From an uncultured Verrucomicrobiae bacterium (lineage in GTDB: Bacteria > Verrucomicrobiota > Verrucomicrobiia > Chthoniobacterales > Chthoniobacteraceae), in NCBI GenBank assembly GCA_963769025.1, contig CAVYKI010000010.1:64001-128000 (forward strand): a DNA stretch of 64,000 bases. The letters are read 5' to 3'. The notes under the pieces are model-generated. The model saw only the letters and a program-made list of their open reading frames with translations, did no database searches and was not told where the DNA came from. Below are positions 19,493-33,527 of this stretch, piece by piece. Position 1 is the stretch's first letter. Every line of letters starts with the position of its first letter. The translations under genes and the position numbers were made by a program.

Positions 19493-21646
19493 CTACGCCC
19501 CGTACTTCCGCATCCACCGCTCGATGGCGGCGCGTGCTTCGCCCCAGAGCGTCACGCGGACCGGGCTGCGGAACCGGACCCGCGCGAGTTCACCGTCGTC
19601 GAGCGCGGAGGCCATCTTGGAAGTCACCCGCACCGTCGCGCCGATGTGCGGCTCGGCGAGTTCGTAGCGTTCCTCTCCCTGCGTGCGCGGCGCTGCGTCG
19701 CCGCCCGCGGCCTGCACGGCGATCGGTCCGCCTGCGATCGCGGTGAGCGCGGGATGCGGCAGCGTGCGCGATGCGTTCCCATCGAGATGCTCCAGCCGCG
19801 CGGAGAGCACATCGCCGCGTCCGTCCACACGCACCGAGACCGCGCCCTGGAGCGCGGCCTTGAAATGCGGTGCGGCATCCTGACGGATCGCGAGCTTCAC
19901 CTCGCGCCCTTCGGCCTCGCCGATTTTCAGGATCTCGTCGCCGCGTTGAAAGTAAGAGCCCTCCACCTGATCGAGCTTCCGCGCCGAGACTTGTCCCGCG
20001 ATCGGTGCGCGGATCTGGAGCGTCGCGAGATATGATTCGTTTTCGCGCACCGTCTTGCGCAGCCCCTCGGCGCGCGCGAATGCGGCCTGGTACTCCGATA
20101 CGGTGCCCTTCGCATAGGCGACCCGCACGCGGAGTTCCTGCGCATCGAGTTCGCGCCGCGCCTTCATGAGCGCGGATGCGGCCTCCTCGTTTCGCAACTC
20201 CACGAGCAGCGCACCCGCCTCCACGACGTCGCCATTCTTCACGTGCAGCCGTTCGACGAAGCCGGGACACTCCGCGCGCAGGATGCGCGTGTCGCCGAAT
20301 TCCACCACGCCGCGCGCCACCACCGTCTTCCGATACGGCGAGAAAAACACGAGCCAGACGAGTCCGAACACCACCGCGAGCCGCAGCGCCACGTGCAGCG
20401 TGCTCCCCATGCCGCGATGCAGTGCGTCGCGGATCTGCTTCACAAACATCACGAGCGGCACGCCGATCCACGCCACACTCGCGAGCACCGAGATCAGCAG
20501 CCCGCCTCCGCGGAACATCACGCTCGCGGCGAGCAGGCAGCCCGCGACGACGAGGATCTGCCACACCCACGCCGCGACGCCATAGATCGCCACGAGCCAG
20601 TCCTCGCGTGTTTCGAGCCGCCCGGGCCTCAGCTTTTTCGCGCCGAGCAGCACCCATGTCGCCGCGGCCATGAACCACGAGCGCGCGCGCGTCGCGAGAT
20701 TCGGGATGCCGAGCAGATCGCTGAGGATGAAGTATCCGTCGAAGCGCATCAGCGGATTCGCATTGAAGAAAATCGTGACCGCCGTGCCCATCACGATCGC
20801 GTTGTGCAGGATGGTCGCGGCGCGTCCGTCCGCCGTCCCAGCCCACGCGATGGCGGCGATCGCGGCGATGAAAATTTCCACGTACATCCCCGCGCACGCG
20901 ACGACGATGCGCCGCCACTTTGACGCGAGCCCGAGGCTCGCGGTGGCATCCACGTAGCCCATCGGCATCAGCAGGATGAAAATCACCCCCACCTCGCGCA
21001 CGCGCGTGCCGAAGTGCCGGCAGAAAATCCCGTGGCCGCACTCGTGCAAAATTTTCAGCCCGATCCAGACGAGTCCCAGCCACAGCCAATTATCCCGCGC
21101 GATGATCCCGGTGAAGCCGCGGCTGAAGCGCTCCCATTCCATCCCCACGCGCGATGCGCCGACGAAGATCACGGCGATCCAAATCGCGAATCCAAACCAC
21201 CCGAGCACGGGACGGAACAGACGCGCCGCCCACGCAAAGAACCGATCGGGACGCCCGAGCGGCACGCGGACGAGCAACGGGTTCATCCATTGCACGGCCC
21301 CTTTCAACGCGCGCCGCGAACCCTCGGCCTCACCCGTCGCGCGCTCGCTCTCGAGGGCGAGCAGGTGATTGTCCTTCAGCCAGCGCAGCATCTGCAACGC
21401 CTCCTGCTCGGTGAAAGTCTCGCCGCTGCGATCGCGTGCGCGCCGCGCGATGATGGACGCCACGGTCTGCCGTCCGTCGAGCGAGCGGAAGAAATGATAT
21501 TCCTCGGTCCCGACGCGGAAAAACCGCGACGACGCAGGATCCTCGATCACGCACACGCGCTCGCCGCCCTGTTCCTGCACGGAGAAATTCAGGCAGTCGC
21601 GCAACCGCGGGCGGAGCATCTCGAATTCGCGGACGGAGAAGTTCAT
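19493..21646 (-). CDS. Fusion protein: PqqD/RRE-like N-domain + M50 (site-2-type) membrane zinc peptidase + HlyD-like adaptor domain
   Basis: N-terminal VIEDP..RFF...LDGRQTV; HECGH and NANPLMRFDGY among hydrophobic helices; C-terminal lipoyl/hairpin pattern PGFVERLHVKNGDVV...IRAPIAGQV. Confidence 0.85.
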   Translation of the reverse strand: MNFSVREFEMLRPRLRDCLNFSVQEQGGERVCVIEDPASSRFFRVGTEEYHFFRSLDGRQTVASIIARRARDRSGETFTEQEALQMLRWLKDNHLLALESERATGEAEGSRRALKGAVQWMNPLLVRVPLGRPDRFFAWAARLFRPVLGWFGFAIWIAVIFVGASRVGMEWERFSRGFTGIIARDNWLWLGLVWIGLKILHECGHGIFCRHFGTRVREVGVIFILLMPMGYVDATASLGLASKWRRIVVACAGMYVEIFIAAIAAIAWAGTADGRAATILHNAIVMGTAVTIFFNANPLMRFDGYFILSDLLGIPNLATRARSWFMAAATWVLLGAKKLRPGRLETREDWLVAIYGVAAWVWQILVVAGCLLAASVMFRGGGLLISVLASVAWIGVPLVMFVKQIRDALHRGMGSTLHVALRLAVVFGLVWLVFFSPYRKTVVARGVVEFGDTRILRAECPGFVERLHVKNGDVVEAGALLVELRNEEAASALMKARRELDAQELRVRVAYAKGTVSEYQAAFARAEGLRKTVRENESYLATLQIRAPIAGQVSARKLDQVEGSYFQRGDEILKIGEAEGREVKLAIRQDAAPHFKAALQGAVSVRVDGRGDVLSARLEHLDGNASRTLPHPALTAIAGGPIAVQAAGGDAAPRTQGEERYELAEPHIGATVRVTSKMASALDDGELARVRFRSPVRVTLWGEARAAIERWMRKYGA

Positions 21647-21673
21647 CGTGTCACAGCACTGCGGGGAGCCGCG

Positions 21674-23506
21674 CTACCATAGCAGGGTCGTCTCCACCCA
21701 TTCGGTGAAGCGGTGCCCGATGATCCAGATCAGCGGACGCCGGTCCCCCTCGATGGACGCACGCCCGCGCATCCCTGGACGAAGCTCCGGTGCGCCGCTG
21801 CCGACCGGCGCCTCGGCGATGAAAACGTTCGCCCCGTCGCGCTGCTCGCTCATCGGATGCAGCCGGTCGATTTTGCTCTCCCCGCTCCATCCGCCAAACG
21901 CCTCCACGCGGAAGCTGACCGCCATGCCGGTGCGCACGCGGCTCACGTCGCGATCCGGCACGTCCAGCTCCACGATCATTTCATCCAGCGGCGCGATCTC
22001 GAAAAGCACCTGCCCCTGACGGATCGGCTGACCTTCCGAGCGCCGCAGATCGCCGCTCACGACCATGCCCGCGATGGGCGCCTTCACTTCGAGCATCGCG
22101 AGCTTGCGCTCGACGAGCGCGAGTTCCTGCATGATGCCGTCCGCCTCGAACGCCGCGACCTGCGCCGCGGAAAAGTCCGCGCCGTCGGGGCTGTTCATCG
22201 CGCGGTCACGCTTCTTCAGCGCCTGGTCGCGGCTCGCGGTGAGTTCGGCCTGCTTGAGCTTCAGCTCGCGGTTTTCCATGACCACGAGCACACCGCCCAC
22301 GGCCACGCTGTCGCCGGGCTGCACGCGGCTGCGGCCGAGCTGTCCCTCGAATGGCGCGGCGAGCGTGCGCTTCACTTTCGGCACGAGCCGGCAGTCGGTG
22401 CGGATGGTGTGGTGGAATGGACACGCAAGCAGCGCAGCGAGGAGCACCGCGCCGATCACGAGCGCGCGGCGACCGCTGCGGGTCGCATTCCGCCATGTGC
22501 GGCGCACGAAAAACGCGACGGGATTTGGCCGCGCGCGCTCCAGCAGGCGGAAGAGCGGCGGCACGAATGGAATCGCTGCGTCTAGCAGCGCGGGCGTGCG
22601 GCGATCGGGATCCGCGTCCCATTCGAGGAGCAGCGCCCCTTCGTGCAATGGCACCGTGGTGATTCGCGCAGCGCCGGTTTTTTGCTGGAGAAGTTCGTGC
22701 GCGATCGTGTCGCCGTGGCCGGCGTCCGCGGGCGTGAAATCCACCTGCGCGTCACCGAGCAGCGCCTCGCCCATCGCGGATTCGATGGGCTGATGCAGCG
22801 GGCTCTTCGCGTCCACATGCTGCACGCCGCTCATCGCACGCAGGCGCACGCCGCGCGCCGAGCGCGCCCCGAGACACACGCGCGTGCAGCCGAGGTAATC
22901 GCGCAGCGCATCCACGGCGACGCGGCAAGCCTTCGGGTAATCTTCCTCGCCCGCCGTCTTCCGAAAAATATCCAGCAGCCCGCTCGCGCGCGAGAGCACC
23001 CATTGCACATCATCCGTCGCGGACCGCTGCTCGCGATAAAGCAGGAAGCCGGCGGCACTTTGCAAAATGACGAGATACGCCTGCAGGTCGCGCGGATTAG
23101 GGACCACGATTTGCGCGAGCAGCACCCACAGCGGCTGTTCCTCGCGCCGCACCGGCACCGCGAGCGTGTAGCCATCCGCGCCGAGCGACGGCGCGGGTTC
23201 CGCCACGGCGGCGGCGGCATTTGCGAGCCGTTCTCCGAGCGGCGCGAGCGACGTGGCGAGGATGCCGCGCGTCGTGACGACCACGCTCGAGAGCCCCGCC
23301 TTTCCCGCCGCGGGAAACAGCGCGAGCGCCTTCGCATTCAGCAGCGCGCGGAGAAATTCGAGCAGCGGGCGAAGTTCGCCGGATTTTGCCTCAGCGAGCG
23401 CGGCGAGTTGATCCTGGATCAGCGGCCCGTCCGGCATCCCGGGCGCGATCGGCGCTCCCGTGGCACCGGATCGTCCGCTCGAAGCCTTGGCGACGGAACC
23501 GCTCAT
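21674..23506 (-). CDS. HlyD/MFP family periplasmic adaptor with N-terminal cytoplasmic GAF-like region
   Basis: About 340-aa soluble N-region, one TM helix, then AAPFEG...VQPGDSV, a coiled coil, VKAPIAGMV and LRPGMRG. Confidence 0.82.
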   Translation of the reverse strand: MSGSVAKASSGRSGATGAPIAPGMPDGPLIQDQLAALAEAKSGELRPLLEFLRALLNAKALALFPAAGKAGLSSVVVTTRGILATSLAPLGERLANAAAAVAEPAPSLGADGYTLAVPVRREEQPLWVLLAQIVVPNPRDLQAYLVILQSAAGFLLYREQRSATDDVQWVLSRASGLLDIFRKTAGEEDYPKACRVAVDALRDYLGCTRVCLGARSARGVRLRAMSGVQHVDAKSPLHQPIESAMGEALLGDAQVDFTPADAGHGDTIAHELLQQKTGAARITTVPLHEGALLLEWDADPDRRTPALLDAAIPFVPPLFRLLERARPNPVAFFVRRTWRNATRSGRRALVIGAVLLAALLACPFHHTIRTDCRLVPKVKRTLAAPFEGQLGRSRVQPGDSVAVGGVLVVMENRELKLKQAELTASRDQALKKRDRAMNSPDGADFSAAQVAAFEADGIMQELALVERKLAMLEVKAPIAGMVVSGDLRRSEGQPIRQGQVLFEIAPLDEMIVELDVPDRDVSRVRTGMAVSFRVEAFGGWSGESKIDRLHPMSEQRDGANVFIAEAPVGSGAPELRPGMRGRASIEGDRRPLIWIIGHRFTEWVETTLLW

Positions 23507-23536
23507 GTCACAGCGCGCAAGTCAGCACGCGCGCGG

Positions 23537-23824
23537 TCATTTTTTGCTGACCACAGGAGGCGTGGCAGCCTGGGCCTCACTCTTCGCGACGAGCTGCGTG
23601 AGCATCTGGTGAAAGCGCTTCAGCGCGGCGTGCGGCATCGCGATGCGCGTGTGTATCGGCAGCACGCTCACGCCATTTCCCTGATCGGGAATGATGCCGC
23701 TGGAAAAATCCAGGAACACCTCCTCCTGTCCGGTGGTGAGGACGATCTGGTTCGCATAGCGAGCCGTGGTGTCTTCGTATTTGACCTGGAGTTTGACCTG
23801 CTGGGGTTTCGGAGCGTCTGGCAT
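23537..23824 (-). CDS. DUF3467-like small protein
   Basis: Pattern YAN...EEVFLDF...RIAMP..ALKRF. ATG at 23824 lies 6 nt after TTGCCA-17-TAGCAA; an alternative GTG start is at 23830. Confidence 0.8.
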   Translation of the reverse strand: MPDAPKPQQVKLQVKYEDTTARYANQIVLTTGQEEVFLDFSSGIIPDQGNGVSVLPIHTRIAMPHAALKRFHQMLTQLVAKSEAQAATPPVVSKK

Positions 23825-23916
23825 GGGCACTTGCTAGATGTCGCCGCGTGACTTGGCAAACGCCACGTGAAATTTTCCGGGGAACGCAACGTACCGACAG
23901 GCCGGACCGCAACATC

Positions 23917-25933
23917 TCAAAACGCGAACCCGAAGCTCACGTGCAGCGCGCCGGATGCATCGCCCTCCTTCGGGCTCGGGTTGTAACCGTAGTCGATCCG
24001 CAGCGGGCCGATGGGGAGCTGGTAGCGCAGGCCCGCGCCGATCGCGTAGCGCATGTCGTCGAGCGAAACCGCTGAATCGCCGACCAGGTTGCCCGCATCC
24101 GCGAAGACCGCGCCGCTGATCGCGCGGGAAATGGGAAATCCCCACTCCGCATTGAGCACCGTGTAGAAATTGCCGCCGAGCGGATTGCCGGAGATGTCCT
24201 TCGGGCCAAGTTCCCGCTCGGCATAGCTGCGCACGGTCGTGCCGCCGCCGTTGAAGAACCGCAGATCGACCGGCACGAGTTCATCGCTGATGGGAATGAT
24301 CCACCCGGCGCGTGCGCCGAAGCCGAACAGCGATTTCCCGTACTTGCGATACCACGAGTAGCGCGCCGTGACCCTCGCGAACGCGAGCTGCCCGTCGAGC
24401 GCATCGATGTCGGCCGAGGTGGTGAGGACCCAGCCGCGAGTCGGGTTCATCATGTCATCGCGGCGGTCGAGTGTCTGTGTGAGGCCGATTCCCGCGAGCA
24501 CGTAGTCCTGCGGCCCGGCGAGCCGCTCGTCGATCTCGAGCTTGCTGATGTTCGTCGCCTCCAAAGACCGTGTAGCCGCCAGCCTCCCAATGCGGCGCAA
24601 AGCGGCGCTTGAGTTCGAGCCGCGCGCCCTCGGTCGTCTTCGAGTAGCCGATTTCGTCGCGGACGGCCGAGTAGATTTTCGCGCGCATCGTCCACCGCGT
24701 GTCGAACAGCCACGGATCGATGTAGAGGAGTTCGCCGCGGAAACCGCGCTGCGAATACTGCAGGCTCAGCGAGAGCGGACGGCCACGGCGGAGAAAATTC
24801 CTGTCACCGAGCGTCACGCCGCCGATGGCGCCGTCGTAGCTCCCGTAGCCGAGCTCAAAGCCGAGTTCCTTCGCCTTCGCCTCCTCGACCTCGACGGCGA
24901 GATTCAGCACATTGGGACCGTCGATGACGGGCCGCACGCGGAGCCCCCTGAAGAGCCCCGTCTTGATGAGCTCGCGATACCGTTCCTCGATTTTCGCCGG
25001 GTCGTAGATTTCGCCGGTGAGCGATGCGAAGCGCTTCTCGATGAATTCCGGCGGGAGCCGGTCTGTGCCGCTCGGCACGACACGCGCGACGTGAAATTGC
25101 GGTCCCGGCTCGCAGATGAAAGTGACCGGCACCACTCCGCCCTTCGCCTGCGTGCGATCCGCGTGTGCCTCGACCTTCGCGGTGAAGTATCCCTTCGAGC
25201 GGTAATGCCCCCACAGCAGGCGCCGCATGTCATCCACCACGAACGGCGTGAACACCGCGCCGTCCTGCAACGCGAGTGCCCCGAGCAGTTCCTTCCGGTC
25301 CAGCACCGGGTGCCCGGCAAAAGTGATCGCACCGAGGAAATACTTCCGCCCCTCGGTGGTCCGCACCACGAGGTCCGCGCTCTTGCCGCTGGCGCTGATC
25401 CGCGTTCCCGAAACATCCACCACCGCATCGAGAAACCCCTCCGACTGATAGAACGCGAGCACCCGGCCGGCACCGGCCTCGACCTCGGATTCGTTAAACG
25501 GCAGCTTCGACTCCGCCACTTTGTCCGGCGCGATTCCGACCATGTACTCCGCGAGCTTCGCATCATCGAAGGCCCGGTTGCCCGTGAATCGCAGCGACTG
25601 CACAAATGTCCGCACGCCCTCGCGCACCTTGAGCACGAGCTGCCGGCCGCGAATCTCGAAGGTGATGTCCGCCGAGGGAAATCCCTGCTTCCGGTAAAAC
25701 GATCCAAGGAACCATGCCGCGTCATCCGCATGCGCGGGAGTCAGCCCCGATGTCGCGATGTCGCGGAGCTGCTCCGCGAGAACGGTGCGGAGCTTCTCCT
25801 CCGTGAAACTCGTCGCGCCCGGGAAAGCCACATCCGCCTCCGCTCCCAAAGCGTCCGATGCGCCGGCCTGGATCACGCACACCGCGGCGAGGATTAGCGT
25901 CACGCGTCGCAAAAATTTCATCAGCACACTCAT
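23917..25933 (-). CDS. Omp85 (TamA/BamA) family outer-membrane protein with POTRA domains; frameshift near 24561
   Basis: Signal peptide and POTRA-like repeats (FYRKQGF, FYQSEGF, YRSKGYF). The barrel end is in ORF 23917..24600 (RFFNGG..TVRSY, GPLRIDYG, terminal SFGFAF). The start overlaps the TamB stop (ATGA). Confidence 0.88.
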
Positions 25934-28900
25934 CGGAATCGCAGGAGGTATCTCACCTTTCCTGTGAACTGTCCCTCCGTATCCAGTTCGCCGAGAAAAT
26001 ACACTTTGTCGGTGACGCGCATGCTGCCCGTCACTTCCGGGCGTCCGGTTTTCGGGTCCACGTTGGTCACGTCCAGGTCGAAACGGTCGGCGAACGATTC
26101 CTCGCCGTCGGCCACCGGTTCGTCCGCGCCTTTGCGGAAAATTTTCCGGTACCATCCCTTCACGGTCAGCAACGCCGCCTTCGTCGCGAGCACGCTGGCG
26201 TTGGAGCCGAGCTCGTCGGTCGTGGTTCCCGTCGCGAGCAGGGAAAGGATGTCCCTTTGGGGCAGCGGCGGCTCGCTCGTGAGATCGAGACGCGGCCCGC
26301 TCGCAGGGCCGGATATGTTTGCCGTCACCGTGGTTTTCCCGATGCGCGACTGCGCCTCGATGTAGAGCTGCGGCTGGAACGGATCGTCCTCGGAAAAAGT
26401 CACGAAGCCGCGCTTCACCTCCAGTTTGCTGACCGGCAGGATCGCCGTGAAATTCTCAATCGGCGCCTGCCCGGTCAGGAATGGATTCAGGCCCGTCCCG
26501 CCGAGCCGGAGATTGAGCGACACCGCGCCCTTCGCGAGATTTCCGCGCACCAAAAAGGAATCGCGCTCCCGCGTCTTGATCGCGATGTCGAATTTCCAAT
26601 CGCGCAGCGGCGGATTGGGGAACGAAATGCGCATCGGCGTGGCGACCGAACGCGCCCGCGGCAGCTCCTGGCCGGGCAACGAAAGCGGCAGGATGTCCAC
26701 GTCCTTCAGGAACCGGCTCTGCGTCACATACACCGTTCCCGCCGCCGTCGCGGCATTCAGCGGGCCGCGCAGCGTCACATCGGCATCCGTACGTATCGTG
26801 AGGAAATCATCCCGCCGAACGAGAACCTTGTCCGAGCGCAGCCGCAGGTCGAACGCGGGCTGCGCCGGCTGCGCGATGTTCACGCTGCCATCCACGCGGA
26901 AAGTGCCGCCGCCGATCTCCCCGCGCGTGTCGGAGAGCGTGACCGTGTCGTCGCGGAAAATGAGCTTCCCCTTGAAATTGGAGATCGGCGGCACATTCGC
27001 CGACGCCATGCGGATCGACTGCGTCGCGAGCGACACCTCGCCGCTCACGACCGGACTGCCGACGGTGCCGGCCACCTCGACATTCGCCGCCACGGTGCCG
27101 TCGATCCTCGCGAGCGCAGGCACGAAACGCGGGAGAATCGCGAGCGACGACGCGGGCACCTTCAGCGATCCCTGGAGCGGCAGCTCGCGCATGAGTTCCG
27201 GCTTCCTGCGCAGCTTCTCGACGACGAACGGCACCGATGCGGACAGCGTTATCGGCTGGATGTCGCGCTGCTTCAGGATGGCGTCCACCGTGAGGCGCGA
27301 GTCGGCGATGTTCAGTTTCGCGTCGAGTTCCGCCGGCGCGACCGACGCGGCCTTCGAACTGGTCAGCGAACGCCCGCTGATGCTGAGGTTCACGTCCGGC
27401 ATCGCGAGCGTTCCGCCCACCGTGAGTCCGCCGGACACCTTTCCCGAGACCGGAGCGGAAACGCCCACGCTCGCGAGAATCTGCGCGATGTCCGCATTCC
27501 TCGCGGTGAGCTTCGCGCTGATGGGTTCATCGAGAGGCAGGGCGCCCTTCGGATTCGAGGGATTCAGCGGGATGGACACATTCCCGCCCACCGCCTGCTC
27601 CCCGGCGATCGAGATGGAGAGATCGGAAAGATCGAGCCGGGCATCCTTCCACCGGATGCGCCCGCCGATCCGCGTCTTGTCGGAGACCACGAGCAGTTCG
27701 TTCGTTTCAAATTGCAGCGGCGAATATGCGGCGCCAAGCCGGACTTCGTTCAGCGTGAGCGCATCGCGACGCACGCCTTTTCCGATCACGCGCAGCTTGC
27801 CGTTGTGCGCGCTTTCGGAAAGTCGCCCGTCACCCGACCAGTCGAGCGTGAGCGCGCCGCCGAGCTTTGCCGGATGCCCCGCGGTGGCGAGCAGCGCGTC
27901 CAGCTTTCCGAGGCTGGCGAGCTTCACGTGCAGTTCGCCGGTGTAGTCCATCGGGGCTTCCAGCGATGCGCGCCCGCGCGCGGTGATCTCGCCGGCGGCG
28001 AGCGCGACCTTCAGCGAGTCGAGAATGAGCGCGCCATCGGCGAATGTCGCCAGCGCGTGAAATTCGCCGATCGGCGTCGCGCCGAGCCGCAGATCCGTGC
28101 CGTCCGCCTTCAGGTTTCCCACGAGGTGCGTGCCTTCGAGCCGGAGTTTTCCGCCGGCGGTCACCGCACCCGAAAGCGCCGCGCCATTCACGACGACGCC
28201 CAGTTGCTCCAGCCGCGGCGCGGCGATGCTCAGCTCGATCTCCGGCTTGCCCGCGAGTCCCGCGGCGTTGGGCTTCAGCATCGCAGATCCGGAACCGGTG
28301 AAGCGGTTCTGGCCGCTCGCCACGCTGAGCTGCTCGATGCCCACGGTCTGCCCGTCCATCGTTGCCGTCACCGAGATCGCGTCCACACGGGCGCCGCTGG
28401 CGACGACACCCCTCGCCTCAAGGGAAAGATTCGCCGCGAGGCCTGCGAGAACGTCGCTGAACGTCCCGATCTTTCGCCGTGCACCGAGCTGGATCGTCGC
28501 GGTGTCGATGGTCACCTTCCCCTGAGAGACCTTCATGGCCCGGAGGGTTCCGGTCGTCGTTGCCTCGCCATTTTCAAAACGCGTCGTCCCCGCGCCGGAC
28601 ATCGCTCCCTGCGCGCCGGGCAGGCCGCGCAAGTGGAACGCGGCGAGATCCGCCCCGGAGAGTTTCCACGTGATTTCACCGCCCAGCCTCGACACCGTGA
28701 AGTCATCGAGCGGCACATTCAGTTCGCCGCCAATGAGCAGCTCGGCCCCAGACGACAAAGCCGCCAGTTCTGTAATGCGAAACACGCCGCGCCCCCACTT
28801 TGCCTCGCCGCGCACGATCGCCGCCGGAAACGGCAATTCTTCCTTCGTCCGAAACACGAAGGCGACATCCGCCGTGGAGGTCGCGAGATTTTCCGGCGCG

Positions 28901-29815
28901 CCGGTGAAGGTCGCGCGAAAACTCTCGATGGCCGAAGGGGACGGCAGCTCGAAGCCGAACGGCGCGGCGACCTCGTTGAGCTGCACGGCATCGACGTTCA
29001 CCGACACATCGAGCGCGCCCGGCGTGACTGACGGCTCGACTTTCAGCCCAGCGGTGCCGCCGCCTGCCTCGAGGAGGACCTCCAACCCGCCGCGCGGCAG
29101 CGTCTCGGTGATGCGGTTCAACGACAGGCGCCGCACGATGATCTGAGGAAGCAGCGGGAGCTTGGAAATCGCGATGACGGATTGGTTCGTCACGAGTTCC
29201 GCGCGCGCGGCGCCGAAATCCGGGAAGCCGACGACATGGAGTTTTTCCCACGCAACGAAGCCGGGCATGTCGCTCACTTCTGCCTGCAGGCCGTGAATCG
29301 CGGCGATGCCCTTCACTTCAAAATCCGCGCGCCCGACCGAGAGGTACTCCACCGGCGAGAGCGAGCTGGAAAGAATCTTCGCAAATGCGTCCGCGATCGG
29401 GGTCCGCGGCTTGGACTTCACCTTGGCATGCAATCGAAGCGCCCCATCGAGCGTGCCCACTTCCACCCGGCGAAAGACGTGCCTCCAGTCGGAGTGGATG
29501 AGCTTCCACAGGTCGTAGTCCACGGCAACCCGGTCGACCTTCAGCTGCTCGATCGGCGCAGGCCCCTTGCCGTCGGCATGCAGTGTGACATTCCGCAACT
29601 CGACCTTGCTCCACATGTTCCCGCGGACGTGAAAATCCAGGATCATGTGCTCCCGGGCCGCAAACCAAATCGCCGACGCGCCTGCCGGCAAAATGCAGCA
29701 GCGGCCGGTGCAGCACGAGGAGCACGAGGAGAGTCCACAACGTCCATTTTCCGAACCTCCACAGCCTGCCACGCGCCCGCACGGAGCTTTTTGGGGGCAT
29801 CGTTTCAGCGGGCAT
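25930..29815 (-). CDS. TamB/AsmA-like translocation and assembly module protein; frameshift near 29675
   Basis: The N-terminal TM anchor is in ORF 29318..29815. A long beta-rich body follows in ORF 25930..30057, with a TamB-like C-terminus (P.L.LTSEPPLPQRDILSLLATG, ending YLLRFR). Confidence 0.85.
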
Positions 29816-30065
29816 GAGCGGCAGAGCTTAGCACCTGACCTCCGATCGGCAAACAGACACGTGACGGATTCCATCCCGCCCGCCTGACACTGCCCTGTGG
29901 TGCCGGTTTTGCGGGCGCTGCATGCGCCGGGATATTTTCCCGTAAAATCCCTTTGCACCCCCTGTCCGCTGTGGCATACAGCGCGCCCATTTTTTGCCCG
30001 GTAGGAATGTCCCCCGAACCGCCCCGGCACGATGATTTGAACCCTGATCCACACCACACACCTCT

Positions 30066-32822
<2,757 letters not shown>

Positions 32823-32847
32823 CCCGCGCTCCAGCAACAATCACAAG

Positions 32848-32878
32848 AGCCGCCCCGGGAAACCGGGGCGGCTTTTTT
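32848..32878 (+). terminator. Intrinsic terminator after ppdK
   Basis: AGCCGCCCCGG-GAAA-CCGGGGCGGCT followed by a T run. Confidence 0.9.
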
Positions 32879-32915
32879 GTTGGCCGCACACGCCGGTTCC
32901 CTATTCTCCCGCCGC

Positions 32916-33383
32916 ATGAAATTCCCCACCCTCGCAAAAATCTGCTGTGCAGCCACCCTCGCCACGTTCAGCGTCACGCCACTTATGGCTGATCCCAACC
33001 TCGAAAAAGGCGAAGCGTTCCTGAAAGAAAACTCAGCGAAGGAGGGCGTAAAAACGACCGCCAGCGGGCTGCAATACAAGGTGCTCAAGGAGGGCACCGG
33101 CAAAAGCCCGAAGGCCACCGACAACGTCCAGGTCCACTACAAGGGCACGCTGCTCGACGGCACGGAATTCGACAGCTCCCACAAGCGCGGCGAGCCCGCG
33201 ACCTTCCCGCTGAACCGCGTCATCCCGGGCTGGACCGAGGGCGTGCAGCTCATGAAGGAAGGCGCGAAATATCAGTTCACGATTCACCCGAAGCTGGCCT
33301 ACGGCGAGCGCGGCACGCCCGGCGGCCCGATCCCGCCAAACTCCACGCTCATCTTCGAGGTCGAACTGATCGCGGTGCAGTAG
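32916..33383 (+). CDS. Exported FKBP-type peptidyl-prolyl isomerase (copy 1)
   Basis: Signal peptide, TASGLQY, VHYKGTL..G.EFDSS, VIPGWTEG, LAYG and TLIFEVEL. Confidence 0.95.
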   Translation: MKFPTLAKICCAATLATFSVTPLMADPNLEKGEAFLKENSAKEGVKTTASGLQYKVLKEGTGKSPKATDNVQVHYKGTLLDGTEFDSSHKRGEPATFPLNRVIPGWTEGVQLMKEGAKYQFTIHPKLAYGERGTPGGPIPPNSTLIFEVELIAVQ

Positions 33384-33527
33384 GGCACCCCTTCAGCAAC
33401 TGCCGGCGCGAGACGGCCTGCGACCGTAGTTCGCGGCCCGATCGCTGCCGATGGAGATCGGCGCGTGCGATGACGCGCGACCGCTCATCGGGAGCGGTGC
33501 GGAAAATGGCGTTGTTCAGCCAGCGGG

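Noticed and set aside
29972..29987. Possible sigma54 site upstream of ppdK (TGGCATA-CAGC-GCGC)
   Set aside because: The GG-N10-GC spacing fits, but the -12 element lacks TTGC, so it is likely chance in GC-rich DNA.
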